In this document: positions 9,443 to 17,938 of the stretch, piece by piece
Layout of the letters: every line of letters begins with the position of its first letter
How positions within the stretch are numbered: the stretch's first letter is position 1
Assembly: GCA_044229145.1 (NCBI GenBank)
Contig: JBGATO010000012.1
Coordinates: 1-64,000, forward strand
DNA from: Candidatus Eiseniibacteriota bacterium
Lineage (GTDB): Bacteria > Eisenbacteria > RBG-16-71-46 > CAZEPH01
Direction of reading: 5' to 3'
DNA length: 64,000 nt
The notes under the pieces: model-generated
The model's input: only the letters and a program-made list of their open reading frames with translations
Told to the model about the DNA's origin: nothing
Database searches by the model: none
Program-made: the position numbers and the translations under genes

Positions 9443-10207
9443 GTGACGTCGGAAATGCAGTCGGAGAAGGTGCTGCGAGCGGTCCGCGCGTTGCCGATGT
9501 TCCGCGGCCTGCAGGAACGCGATCAGCGGCGCGTGGCCGCGGTGGCCGAAGTTCGCGAATACGCGCGCGGCGACGCGCTGTGGGACGCTGGCGCTCCGGC
9601 CGAACACCTCACCGTGATCGTGAGCGGCCGCGTCAAGGTCGTCGGCCACGCTCCGGACGGCAGCGACGTCATCCTGGAAATCTTCGGCGAAGGCGAACCG
9701 GTGGGCGCGATCGCCGTCTACAACTACCTGCCGTATCCGGCCTCCGCGGTGGCGCTGGAAAAGGCGACCATCCTGCGCGTGCCGCGCCGCGATTACTTCG
9801 AGTTGCTCGAGCGCGAGCCCGACTTCGCGCGCGGCATCATCCTCGAACTCACCAAACTCACCGTGGCCTTGACGCGCAAACTCGAGGAAATGCGCGGGCA
9901 GCGCGTCGATGCCCGCATCGCCCAGCTGTTCCTCACCTTTGCGACGCGCATGGGACGCGAGACGCCGCACGGCATCGAGATTCCGCTGCAACTCACGCGG
10001 CAGGAGATCGCCGACATGGTGGGCACCACGGTGGAGACGTCGATCCGCGTGCTGTCGGCCTGGGGGCGCGAGAACGTGCTGCTCACCGGCGAGGGGCGCT
10101 TCGTAGTGCCGGAGTTGGCGCGCCTGCGCGCGGTGGCGCTCGGGGAGCCGGTGCCTGCGCCGGCGCCGCCAGCGCCGCGCGCCGCGAAGAAGGCGGCGCG
10201 GAAATAG
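9443..10207 (+). CDS. Crp/Fnr-family transcriptional regulator (Dnr/NnrR-like, no Fe-S cysteines)
   Basis: AGGAGG RBS then GTG 9443; cNMP-binding domain and HTH LTRQEIADMVGTTVETSIR; no Cys in the product. Confidence 0.92.
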   Translation: MTSEMQSEKVLRAVRALPMFRGLQERDQRRVAAVAEVREYARGDALWDAGAPAEHLTVIVSGRVKVVGHAPDGSDVILEIFGEGEPVGAIAVYNYLPYPASAVALEKATILRVPRRDYFELLEREPDFARGIILELTKLTVALTRKLEEMRGQRVDARIAQLFLTFATRMGRETPHGIEIPLQLTRQEIADMVGTTVETSIRVLSAWGRENVLLTGEGRFVVPELARLRAVALGEPVPAPAPPAPRAAKKAARK

Positions 10208-10213
10208 AACAAA

Positions 10214-10250
10214 GCCGGGACGCGGCTGCCGCTAAGAGCCGCGCCCCGGC
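10214..10250. terminator. Stem-loop between convergent crp and parA
   Basis: GCCGGG-a-CGCGGCT...AGCCGCG-c-CCCGGC. Confidence 0.5.
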
Positions 10251-10271
10251 GGAGAGAACACGCAGTCGCCG

Positions 10272-11372
10272 CTAGGCTGCGTGCTCCTCGTCGTCACGCG
10301 CCGGGACCCAACCGGCGGCGACGTTGCCCAATGTCACGGCAGGGGACGGCTGCCAGACGAACGACTGCGGGGTCTGCGGCACGTCGGCGGTCGCATGCGC
10401 GAGATCCTCGTTCGCATGCGAAGACGCGGTGTGCAGCGCCTTGAGCTGCGCGATCTCCGCGGCGTTGGCCACCGATTCCTCGTCGTCGCGCGACGGCGCG
10501 ATGCCGATGTCGGAATCAGGGTCGCTGTCGACCTCCACCGCATCCCACGAATCGGACGCAATCAACGGCTGCTGCTCCGGCAGCGATTCGCCTACCAGCG
10601 CGAGTACTTCGCCGGCCAGCGCACGGTACGCCTCGGCGCCGTGCGACTTCGGCGCGTGGATCTGCACCGGCGCGCCGCTGCCGCTCGCCTCGGCGAGCGC
10701 CACGTTGCGCCGAATGTGCGTCTGGAACAGCAGGCCGGACAGCCGCGGGTCCTTGTCGATGCGTTCGAACGTCTCGCGGGTCAGCGTCGCCCGCGTGTCC
10801 ACCATCGTCGCCACGATGCCGCTCACCTGCAACTGCGGGTTCAGCTCGGCGCGGATCGCCTCGATGGTGTCGAGCAGGTTCTCGACGCCGTCCATGCTCC
10901 ACGGCTCGGGCCGGATGATGATCATCACTTCGCCGGCGCACACCAGCGCATTGACGGTCAGCAGCGACAGCGACGGCGGCGTGTCGATGAACACGTAGTC
11001 GTAGCACTCGGCGATGCCGAGCAGCCCCTTGCGCAACAACGTCTCACGCCCGAAGCGGCTGGCGATCTCGAGCTCGGCGCCGGCCAAGTTGATGTGCGAG
11101 GGAATCAAGTCGAGGTTCGGCACGCCGGTGCTGAGCACGATGTCCTCGGCGCGCACCACACTGAATTTCTTCGGCTGCACCAGTAGATCGTAGGACGACT
11201 GTTGGATGTCTTCGGCCTTGAAGCCGAAGCCGCTGGTGCAATTGGCCTGCGGGTCGATGTCGACGCAGAGGACGCGTTTGCCGGCGTCGGCGAGGGCGGC
11301 TCCCAGATTCACGACGGTCGTGGTCTTGCCGACGCCGCCTTTCTGGTTCGTGCAGACGATGATGCGAGGCAT
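10272..11372 (-). CDS. parA: ParA/Soj-family ATPase with ~100-aa acidic C-terminal extension
   Basis: NQKGGVGKTTT deviant Walker A, DIDPQAN, IDTPPSL, IRRNVALAEA. Confidence 0.92.
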   Translation of the reverse strand: MPRIIVCTNQKGGVGKTTTVVNLGAALADAGKRVLCVDIDPQANCTSGFGFKAEDIQQSSYDLLVQPKKFSVVRAEDIVLSTGVPNLDLIPSHINLAGAELEIASRFGRETLLRKGLLGIAECYDYVFIDTPPSLSLLTVNALVCAGEVMIIIRPEPWSMDGVENLLDTIEAIRAELNPQLQVSGIVATMVDTRATLTRETFERIDKDPRLSGLLFQTHIRRNVALAEASGSGAPVQIHAPKSHGAEAYRALAGEVLALVGESLPEQQPLIASDSWDAVEVDSDPDSDIGIAPSRDDEESVANAAEIAQLKALHTASSHANEDLAHATADVPQTPQSFVWQPSPAVTLGNVAAGWVPARDDEEHAA

Positions 11373-11377
11373 GTGGG

Positions 11378-11926
11378 TTAGTCCCCCTCTGCGTGACGCG
11401 CGACGTGCGCGCCGGACGGCTGGGTGTACGCGGCGTGTGGCATGCCACGGCCGTTCACGCGCGCCGCACTCTGCGGCTGCACCAGCGCGAGCGATTGCTC
11501 GTGGCGTTCGGCGGCCTGCGCGTCGATGAGTTCATCCACCGCCTTCAGGCGCTCCTTCTGGAAGCGCAAGTTGCGGCGGTACTCGCGAATCACCGCGCTG
11601 TCGGTGGGGCTCTCGATCAGCGCCAAGCGCATGCCTTCCTCGTAGCGATGGATCTCCTCGAGGATCTCCGCGCGGCTCTCGTCGAGCGAACGCTGTGCCA
11701 AGCGGCGGCGCTCGGCGGCGAGGATGTCGTGGGGACTCAATTCGGCGGCGAGGACGGCGTCGATCAACGCTTGCACGATCTGCGAGCGATCGAGCTTGCG
11801 CCCGGTGCGCTGGCGCACTTCGTCGATCAACGCGGTCAGGAACAGCTGGTGCGATTCCTCGAGGGTGATGACCTCGCGGATCGCCGGCTGGTTGTCGGTG
11901 CGGCGAATCAGGGTCGAGCGGCTCAT
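11378..11926 (-). CDS. Hypothetical protein, RHH-like N-terminus plus charged helical C-terminus
   Basis: GGAGA RBS, ATG 11926 (MSRSTLIRR...), LDRSQIVQALIDAV segment, stop 5 bp before parA. Confidence 0.75.
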   Translation of the reverse strand: MSRSTLIRRTDNQPAIREVITLEESHQLFLTALIDEVRQRTGRKLDRSQIVQALIDAVLAAELSPHDILAAERRRLAQRSLDESRAEILEEIHRYEEGMRLALIESPTDSAVIREYRRNLRFQKERLKAVDELIDAQAAERHEQSLALVQPQSAARVNGRGMPHAAYTQPSGAHVARHAEGD

Positions 11927-12030
11927 GGGTGTCTCCGGACGCGGCAAAACCGGATGGAGTGCACGGAGGTCCCGCACCGGGCGCAAGGCTGAATTGGGCG
12001 GGTTGCTCCGCGCACTCGGAGCGTCGGAGG

Positions 12031-12046
12031 TGCACGGCGCGTGCCA
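12031..12046 (-). promoter_or_regulatory. Sigma-54 (-24/-12) promoter
   Basis: Minus strand TGGCACGCGCCGTGCA: TGGCAC plus GG-N10-GC spacing, ~105 bp upstream of ATG 11926. Confidence 0.65.
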
Positions 12047-12192
12047 AGTCGCGCGAACCGGCGAAAACCGCATACGGACGCCATTTTCGCCGCGCCGTGC
12101 CGGAGGCGGGGAGTGCAGAGCGGCATGCCGGGCGCACGCCGCCGTGCAAACTGCACGAGGCGCCCGCGCGTGGCGGACGCCTCGCGTGACCG

Positions 12193-15021
12193 CTAGTGCC
12201 GCGTGTGGATGACGGCGCGCAGCGCGTCGCGCGCCTGCTGCGCCTCGCCCGCGTCGCCCGCTTTCTCGGCGGCGACGTGGAGCGCCTGGAACGCGAGCGT
12301 CAAGTTCGGCGCGGTGGCATCGCCGATCAACACCCAGCTCGCGGTGTCCTTCACGTACTTGTAGCGCGGCGGCAGGTGGTACTGGGCGCGCCGCGTGAAC
12401 TGCAGCGCGATCTCGTGCGCCGCCTCCGGGTTGCGGCCCGCCGCCAACCACGCCTGCGACCGCAGCAAGAGCGCGGTGTCGAACCATGGCGTCAGGCGCA
12501 CGACTTCGTGCAGCGAATCCGCCGCCGCGGCGACGTGCCCATGCGCCAACGCGCTCCACGCCGCGTAGGTGCGCACCGAATAGAGCGACGGCGCGAGCAG
12601 CTGCGCCTCGGCGATCTGTGAATCCGCCGCGGCGAGATCGCCGGCACGCAGCAGCATGTCGGCGTAGGCGAGACGCAAATCGACGATGCCGCTGCGCACC
12701 GTGAGCGCGGCGCGGAAGGCGGCACGCGCGCTGTCGGCGCGGCCGGCCAGCGAGTGCGCGATGCCGGTCAACCAGAGCGCCGTCGGGTCGTCCGCCTGGC
12801 GCTGGCGCGCACGCTCGGCGCACACGATCGCATCGTCGACGTAGCCGGCACCAAGGTTCACACGTGCCAGCGCGAGGTCCACTCGTGAGCGGTCGCCGCT
12901 CACGATGCGCGCGGCGGAGCGCGACAGTACGTCGAGCGCCGAGGCGAGATCGCCGTCTTGCAAGTACGCCGCATCGCCCTGCGCGACCGCGGCGTCGGCG
13001 CTCTGCGGGTACTCGGCCACCGCCTGGTCGGCGAGCCGCCGCGCCTCGCCCGGCGCGCCGTTGTACATCTGCGCGGTGGCCATGCTGACCAGCGTCGCCT
13101 CGTCGTGCGCGCCGCGTTGCATCGCCTGATCGAGCTTGCGGATGGCCTCGGCGACATTGCCATCGTTGAGGTCGTTCCCGGCCGCCGCGGTGAGCGCCGG
13201 CGCATAGTAGGGCGCGACATCGGTGACGTGCGTGTAGCGCTCGATGAGCCGCACCAGTGCGGTGTCACGCGCCGCCAATCGTTCGCGGGTGATGTCGCGC
13301 GTGTCGTACGCATCGCGGCGCGGCGTGCTGTACGAGTTCATGCCCTCGGCGAAGTACTCCCACACGCTCGACGCTTGATAGCGCGAGACGAACGCGTCGG
13401 CGCCCGCCGCCTGCCGCGCCTTGGCGGCGGCGTACGCACCTTCGACCACGCGCGCTTCGTCCGGCGGGAAGACGCCGTGCACTTGATGCGTCAACTCGTG
13501 CAGTACCGTGTTGTAGCGCCCGAACACCGTGCGCTCGACGTCCTCGATGCCGGTGACCGTGTTGTGGCCGCCGCAGCCGCGCACGTCGTCCCACAGGCGC
13601 GAGTCGTAGTCGATGCGTTGGTCGCGCAGCGATTCGAGATGCGGCGTCTCGCTCAACTTTTCGTAGAGCGGCTTGATGTAGAACGTCGCGCCGCTCGCCA
13701 CCAGCACCGGCACGAACGCTGCCCACGGTTCGACGCTGAGCGCCACCCGCTTCTGGATGCGCGGCGACAACGTGCGCCAATTGAGCACGAACGAGTCGAT
13801 GCCGGCGACCGTCGGCATCGGCGTCGCCGCGAACGCCGATTCGGCGGTGGCGGCGTGCACATCGGCGGCGAGCCGCTTCTGCTCCAGCGACTTCGACAGG
13901 CCGTGATGCGCGCGGCCGTAGAGCGGACAGCGCTCGAGCGAGGCGCGGAACGCGGCGATCGCCTCGTCGCTGCGGTGCTGCGTCCAGTAGAGCGACCCGA
14001 GCAGCGTCCACGGCTCCGCGAGCTTCGAGTATGTCGCGGCGAACGCGCGCAGCGCCTGTTCCGGCGCGCCGCCGGCCGCCAGTTGCGCGCGGAAGTCGCG
14101 CAGCACCTTGCCGAGCGCCGAGTCCGCCGGCGCCGGGAACGCGCCCGGTACGCGCGCCGGCAGCTGCGTGTAATTGACGTCGGTGTAGCCGTTGCCCAGC
14201 CAATAGTGGACGTCCTCGTTCCAGGGATCGAGGACGACGGCTTCGCCGAGCAGTGTGATGGCGTCGTGCACGCGGCCGAGCCGCACGTCGGCGTCCGCGA
14301 GCGCCACCAACACCTGCGAGGCGACCGGGCGGATCGCGGCCGCCGAGTCGTAGCAGGCGGCTGCGCCGGCGTAGTCGCGGTCCTGGTAGCGCACCGCGCC
14401 GGCCACCGCCCACGCCGCGGCACGGTCCGACGGATCGCGTGCCGCATCGCGGGTCAGCGCGGCGAGCGAATCTGCCTCGTGCCAGCGGAGCAGCGTGCGC
14501 ATGAGCGACGCGCGCGCCGCGAGGTACGCGGGGCGCGCGGCCGCATCCCCGCGCGCCAACCCGGCGGCGCTCGACGCATCGAGCGTCGCGAGATCGTCGG
14601 TGGCTAGCGCGACGCGGGTGCGCAGCCGCACGACGGCCGGATCGTCCGGCGCCGCGGCGCTCAATGCGGCCACCGCGCGTCGCGCCTCGACGTAATCGCC
14701 GTGTGCGGCCAGCGCCTGCGCCACCCGCAGCCGCACCGCGAAGGGGCGCCGCGGCGACTCGGCCACACGTGCCGCCGCCTCCGCCGCCCGCACGCCGCGC
14801 GCCGGCGGTGCGAAGCGCGTCAGCACCGCCTCCGGCTGACCGAGCTGCAACGCCAGATCGGCGCGTCCGAGCGAGTCGCGCGCCGGCGTGCGCGCGAGCG
14901 TCGCCGCGAGTTCCAGTCGGTACGCCCGCACCCGCGCCGCCGCGGGCGGCAGCGTGTCCTCCGCCCGCGCCACGCCGGCGCCGAGCAGCATCATCCACAC
15001 GAATGCGGGCACTCGCCGCAT
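12193..15021 (-). CDS. Secreted TPR protein with central zinc metallopeptidase domain (ATLF/PPEP-like)
   Basis: GGAG RBS, signal peptide MRRVPAFVWMMLLGAGVARA, TPR repeats flanking WDDVRGCGG...HELTH...EYFAEG. Confidence 0.85.
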   Translation of the reverse strand: MRRVPAFVWMMLLGAGVARAEDTLPPAAARVRAYRLELAATLARTPARDSLGRADLALQLGQPEAVLTRFAPPARGVRAAEAAARVAESPRRPFAVRLRVAQALAAHGDYVEARRAVAALSAAAPDDPAVVRLRTRVALATDDLATLDASSAAGLARGDAAARPAYLAARASLMRTLLRWHEADSLAALTRDAARDPSDRAAAWAVAGAVRYQDRDYAGAAACYDSAAAIRPVASQVLVALADADVRLGRVHDAITLLGEAVVLDPWNEDVHYWLGNGYTDVNYTQLPARVPGAFPAPADSALGKVLRDFRAQLAAGGAPEQALRAFAATYSKLAEPWTLLGSLYWTQHRSDEAIAAFRASLERCPLYGRAHHGLSKSLEQKRLAADVHAATAESAFAATPMPTVAGIDSFVLNWRTLSPRIQKRVALSVEPWAAFVPVLVASGATFYIKPLYEKLSETPHLESLRDQRIDYDSRLWDDVRGCGGHNTVTGIEDVERTVFGRYNTVLHELTHQVHGVFPPDEARVVEGAYAAAKARQAAGADAFVSRYQASSVWEYFAEGMNSYSTPRRDAYDTRDITRERLAARDTALVRLIERYTHVTDVAPYYAPALTAAAGNDLNDGNVAEAIRKLDQAMQRGAHDEATLVSMATAQMYNGAPGEARRLADQAVAEYPQSADAAVAQGDAAYLQDGDLASALDVLSRSAARIVSGDRSRVDLALARVNLGAGYVDDAIVCAERARQRQADDPTALWLTGIAHSLAGRADSARAAFRAALTVRSGIVDLRLAYADMLLRAGDLAAADSQIAEAQLLAPSLYSVRTYAAWSALAHGHVAAAADSLHEVVRLTPWFDTALLLRSQAWLAAGRNPEAAHEIALQFTRRAQYHLPPRYKYVKDTASWVLIGDATAPNLTLAFQALHVAAEKAGDAGEAQQARDALRAVIHTRH

Positions 15022-15041
15022 GCAGTCTCCTTGCGAGGTGG

Positions 15042-15614
15042 TTATTCGAAGTCGGCGGCGGGCGCCAAGTCGGCGGCGCGCCAGCCGTCGCCCTCGTGCA
15101 CGCCGATGGCGCCGAGCAACTTCGCCGCGAAGCCGCCGGTGACGTCGTCGAGACCGCGCATGTCGCGGTAGAACGGCGGGCACACCGGCATCACCGTCGC
15201 GCCGGCCTGCGACAACGTCAGCATGTGCTGCAAGTGGATCGCCGAAAGCGGCGTCTCGCGCACTGCCACCACGAAGCGCCGCCGCTCCTTGAGCGCCACC
15301 TGCGCGATGCGCGAGATGAGCGTGTCGCCGAAGCCGCACGCGATGCGCGACAGCGTCGTGATGCTGCACGGCACGATGACGTAGGCGTCCCACGCGTTCG
15401 AGCCCGACGACAACGCGGCGCTGAGATCGTCGTCGCCGAAGATGCGCGTCGCGAACGGCGCCAGATCGTCGAGCGTGAGGCCGGTTTCGAGCCGCAGCGA
15501 TTCGGCGCCCCACTTCGACACCACGACGAACTTCTCGCCCGGGCAGCGCTTGAGGAATTCGACGGCGAAGGCGCCGCCCGAGGCTCCGGTGATACCGACC
15601 ACTGTGCGTCTCAC
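15042..15614 (-). CDS. ubiX: Flavin prenyltransferase UbiX
   Basis: VVGITGASG, SSGS, VPCS, ALKERR, RETPLS, PPFY; GTGA overlap with ubiA. Confidence 0.92.
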   Translation of the reverse strand: MRRTVVGITGASGGAFAVEFLKRCPGEKFVVVSKWGAESLRLETGLTLDDLAPFATRIFGDDDLSAALSSGSNAWDAYVIVPCSITTLSRIACGFGDTLISRIAQVALKERRRFVVAVRETPLSAIHLQHMLTLSQAGATVMPVCPPFYRDMRGLDDVTGGFAAKLLGAIGVHEGDGWRAADLAPAADFE

Positions 15615-16447
15615 GTCCCTATCACCCCCGACGCCACTACGCCGAGCACCACGAATCCGAGCACCGCGTTGACGTGGAAGAACGCGAGATTCACGCGCGC
15701 GGCCTGTGCGTGCTCGAGCACGAGCAGCGCGCCCACCAGCGCGGCGCACGCCCACGGCCACGCGCCCGGCAGCGCCGCGTGCACCAGCCACGCCAGCGTC
15801 GCGAAGGCGCACACGTGCAGCGCGCGCGACACCCACAACGCCCGCGTCCGTCCAAGCCACGCCGGCATGGAGTGGAGACCCGCCGCGCGATCGAACTCCT
15901 CGTCCAACGTCGCGTAGATGATGTCGAACCCGGAGCCCCAGAAGAACGTGAAGAGCGCGAGCAGGAGTCCTGGCGCGCTGTCGTGGAACGACCGCGTGAT
16001 CGCCAAGTACCCGCCGAGCGGCGCGCCCGCCATGCCGAGCCCGACGCCCAAATGCGCCCACGGCGTCACGCGCTTCAGATAGGGGTAGCCGACGAACACG
16101 ATCAGCGGCAGGGGCGCGTACGGCAGGAGCCTTGGGGAAATCGCCCACGCCGCGGCGACGTAGAGGACGAGCCCGGCGCCGAGCACCGCGTAGCCCTCCG
16201 CCACCCGCATCGCGCCGCTTGGCAGCTCGCGCACCGCGGTGCGGGGATTCCGCGCGTCGATGCGCCGGTCGATGAGGCGGTTGAGCGCCATCGCGGCGAT
16301 GCGCGCGCCGAATCCGGCCGCCACGATGAGCCCGAGCACACGCCACGACGGCAACCCGCGCGAGGCGAGCAGCGCGCCGGCGAACAAGAGCGGGAGGGTG
16401 AAGAAGGTGTGTTCGAGCTTCACGAAGCTCGCGTAGGTCTTGAGCAT
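15611..16447 (-). CDS. ubiA: UbiA-family prenyltransferase, MqnP-like (menaquinone futalosine route)
   Basis: VKLEHTFF, NRLIDRRIDARNPRT..RELP, YPYLKR, GFDIIYA.LDEEFD. Confidence 0.88.
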   Translation of the reverse strand: MLKTYASFVKLEHTFFTLPLLFAGALLASRGLPSWRVLGLIVAAGFGARIAAMALNRLIDRRIDARNPRTAVRELPSGAMRVAEGYAVLGAGLVLYVAAAWAISPRLLPYAPLPLIVFVGYPYLKRVTPWAHLGVGLGMAGAPLGGYLAITRSFHDSAPGLLLALFTFFWGSGFDIIYATLDEEFDRAAGLHSMPAWLGRTRALWVSRALHVCAFATLAWLVHAALPGAWPWACAALVGALLVLEHAQAARVNLAFFHVNAVLGFVVLGVVASGVIGT

Positions 16448-16505
16448 GGCCGGCGGAGGATACGGGCGGACCGCCGCGATGCAAAGGCCCGGGCCGCCGC
16501 CCCGC

Positions 16506-16898
16506 CTACTGGACGAGAACCAGGTGGCGCGACCCGCTCTCGCTGCCGGCCTCGACGTGCGCGATGTACATCCCGGTGGGCGCGGGCGCCCCGCTGGCGG
16601 TGAGGCCGTTCCACCGGGCTTCGTGGCGGCCGGGCTGCCGCACGCCTTGCGGGAGGACCAGGATGAGGCGTCCCCGCGCGTCGAGGATGCTGACCTGGAC
16701 CGTCACCGCGCGCGTCACGGTGTAGCGGATGCGGGCCTCGGTGCGGCCCGACGGCGCGCTGGCGGCGCCGAGATCGAGGCCGGAGGTGCTGTCCGGCGCC
16801 GCCGGGGCCGCCCACGCGGCGGACCCGAGCGCGCACATCAGGTACGCCGCCACCGCCACGCGCCCGCCCCGGCGAACGATTCGACCCGCGTTCCGCAT
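16506..16898 (-). CDS. Small secreted FlgD Ig-like domain protein
   Basis: Signal peptide ending AWA, then IRYTV...ILDARGRLI...GRHEARWNG...GMY pattern. Confidence 0.75.
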   Translation of the reverse strand: MRNAGRIVRRGGRVAVAAYLMCALGSAAWAAPAAPDSTSGLDLGAASAPSGRTEARIRYTVTRAVTVQVSILDARGRLILVLPQGVRQPGRHEARWNGLTASGAPAPTGMYIAHVEAGSESGSRHLVLVQ

Positions 16899-17064
16899 CC
16901 TCGACTCCTCCTCCGCGCGAGACCCGCACCGCGCGGGCTCCTCCGTGAAACGTCGCCATGCCGAGAACCGCACGGGGCGATGTTCCCCGTGCTATCGGCC
17001 CGTGGTCGATGGTCCACAAGGGGAACGCCTGGATCAGACGCTCGGGGCGGCGTCCACGCTCGCC

Positions 17065-17094
17065 TTGACACCCGGCCGACGGGCTTCCTATAGT
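17065..17094 (+). promoter_or_regulatory. Sigma-70 promoter
   Basis: TTGACA-N18-TATAGT upstream of the OMP-guaB genes. Confidence 0.7.
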
Positions 17095-17191
17095 GCCCGG
17101 ACTTTTGGGAACGAGTTGGCCTTCTGATCCCCCGCCCCGGCCCCAACCCAGTCGTGCCCCGCGTGGTCTCGAGAAAGGAGACGGAATCCGC

Positions 17192-17935
17192 ATGTCTCGT
17201 CGTGTCCCCCAAGTTGCCCTGGTGCTGGGTCTCGCACTGGGATCTGTGGCCTCCCTCGCGCACGCCGAAGACCAGCGCGGTCGCGCGTCCATCGGCGGGA
17301 GCGTCGGGGTGAGCGACTACGTGGGCGGGGGCGATTTCACCACCGGGAACGAAATCCGTCCCGCCGGTGAACTGGTGTTCGGGTACGTCTACCGGACCCA
17401 CACCCAAATCGTCAGCCACGTCGGCTACACCTGGAACGGCTACAAGACCTGCTACACGGCCGATGGCCGCGAGCGCTGCGACGGCTGGAAGGGTTTGCCG
17501 GAGGCCTACCTGCCCCCGAACGGCGAGATCTACGAAAACGAGCCGGCGATCGTGAAGTCGAGCTACGCCACGGTCGAGATCCAGCGCAACTGGGGCATCA
17601 AGAACCTCCAGCCGCACCTCAACCTCGGCGCCGGTATCTACGGCTGGCGCGTCGGCACCACGCGGCACGCGCTGAAGGATCCGGTCACCCAGAAGCAGCT
17701 CCGCGGCATTGCGCCCGGCGTGACCGTCGGCTTCGGCGTCGAGGACTACGTCGGCCCACGCGTCTCGCTCGACTTCATGGCCGTGACCCACTACATCCTG
17801 CTTAGCGACAAGACCGCGTTCCCGTCCGGTTTCAACGAGAACCTGACGAACGCCCAGTTCCGCCTCTCGGCGCGCTGGTACTTCGGCCTCGGCAAGGGCG
17901 GGGCGAAGGCACCGGCCAAGCCGGCGGGGAAGTAG
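17192..17935 (+). CDS. Outer-membrane beta-barrel protein (OmpA/OmpW-like 8-strand type)
   Basis: AAGGAG RBS, signal peptide ending AHA, amphipathic strands ([27 protein letters not shown]). Confidence 0.75.
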   Translation: MSRRVPQVALVLGLALGSVASLAHAEDQRGRASIGGSVGVSDYVGGGDFTTGNEIRPAGELVFGYVYRTHTQIVSHVGYTWNGYKTCYTADGRERCDGWKGLPEAYLPPNGEIYENEPAIVKSSYATVEIQRNWGIKNLQPHLNLGAGIYGWRVGTTRHALKDPVTQKQLRGIAPGVTVGFGVEDYVGPRVSLDFMAVTHYILLSDKTAFPSGFNENLTNAQFRLSARWYFGLGKGGAKAPAKPAGK

Positions 17936-17938
17936 CCC

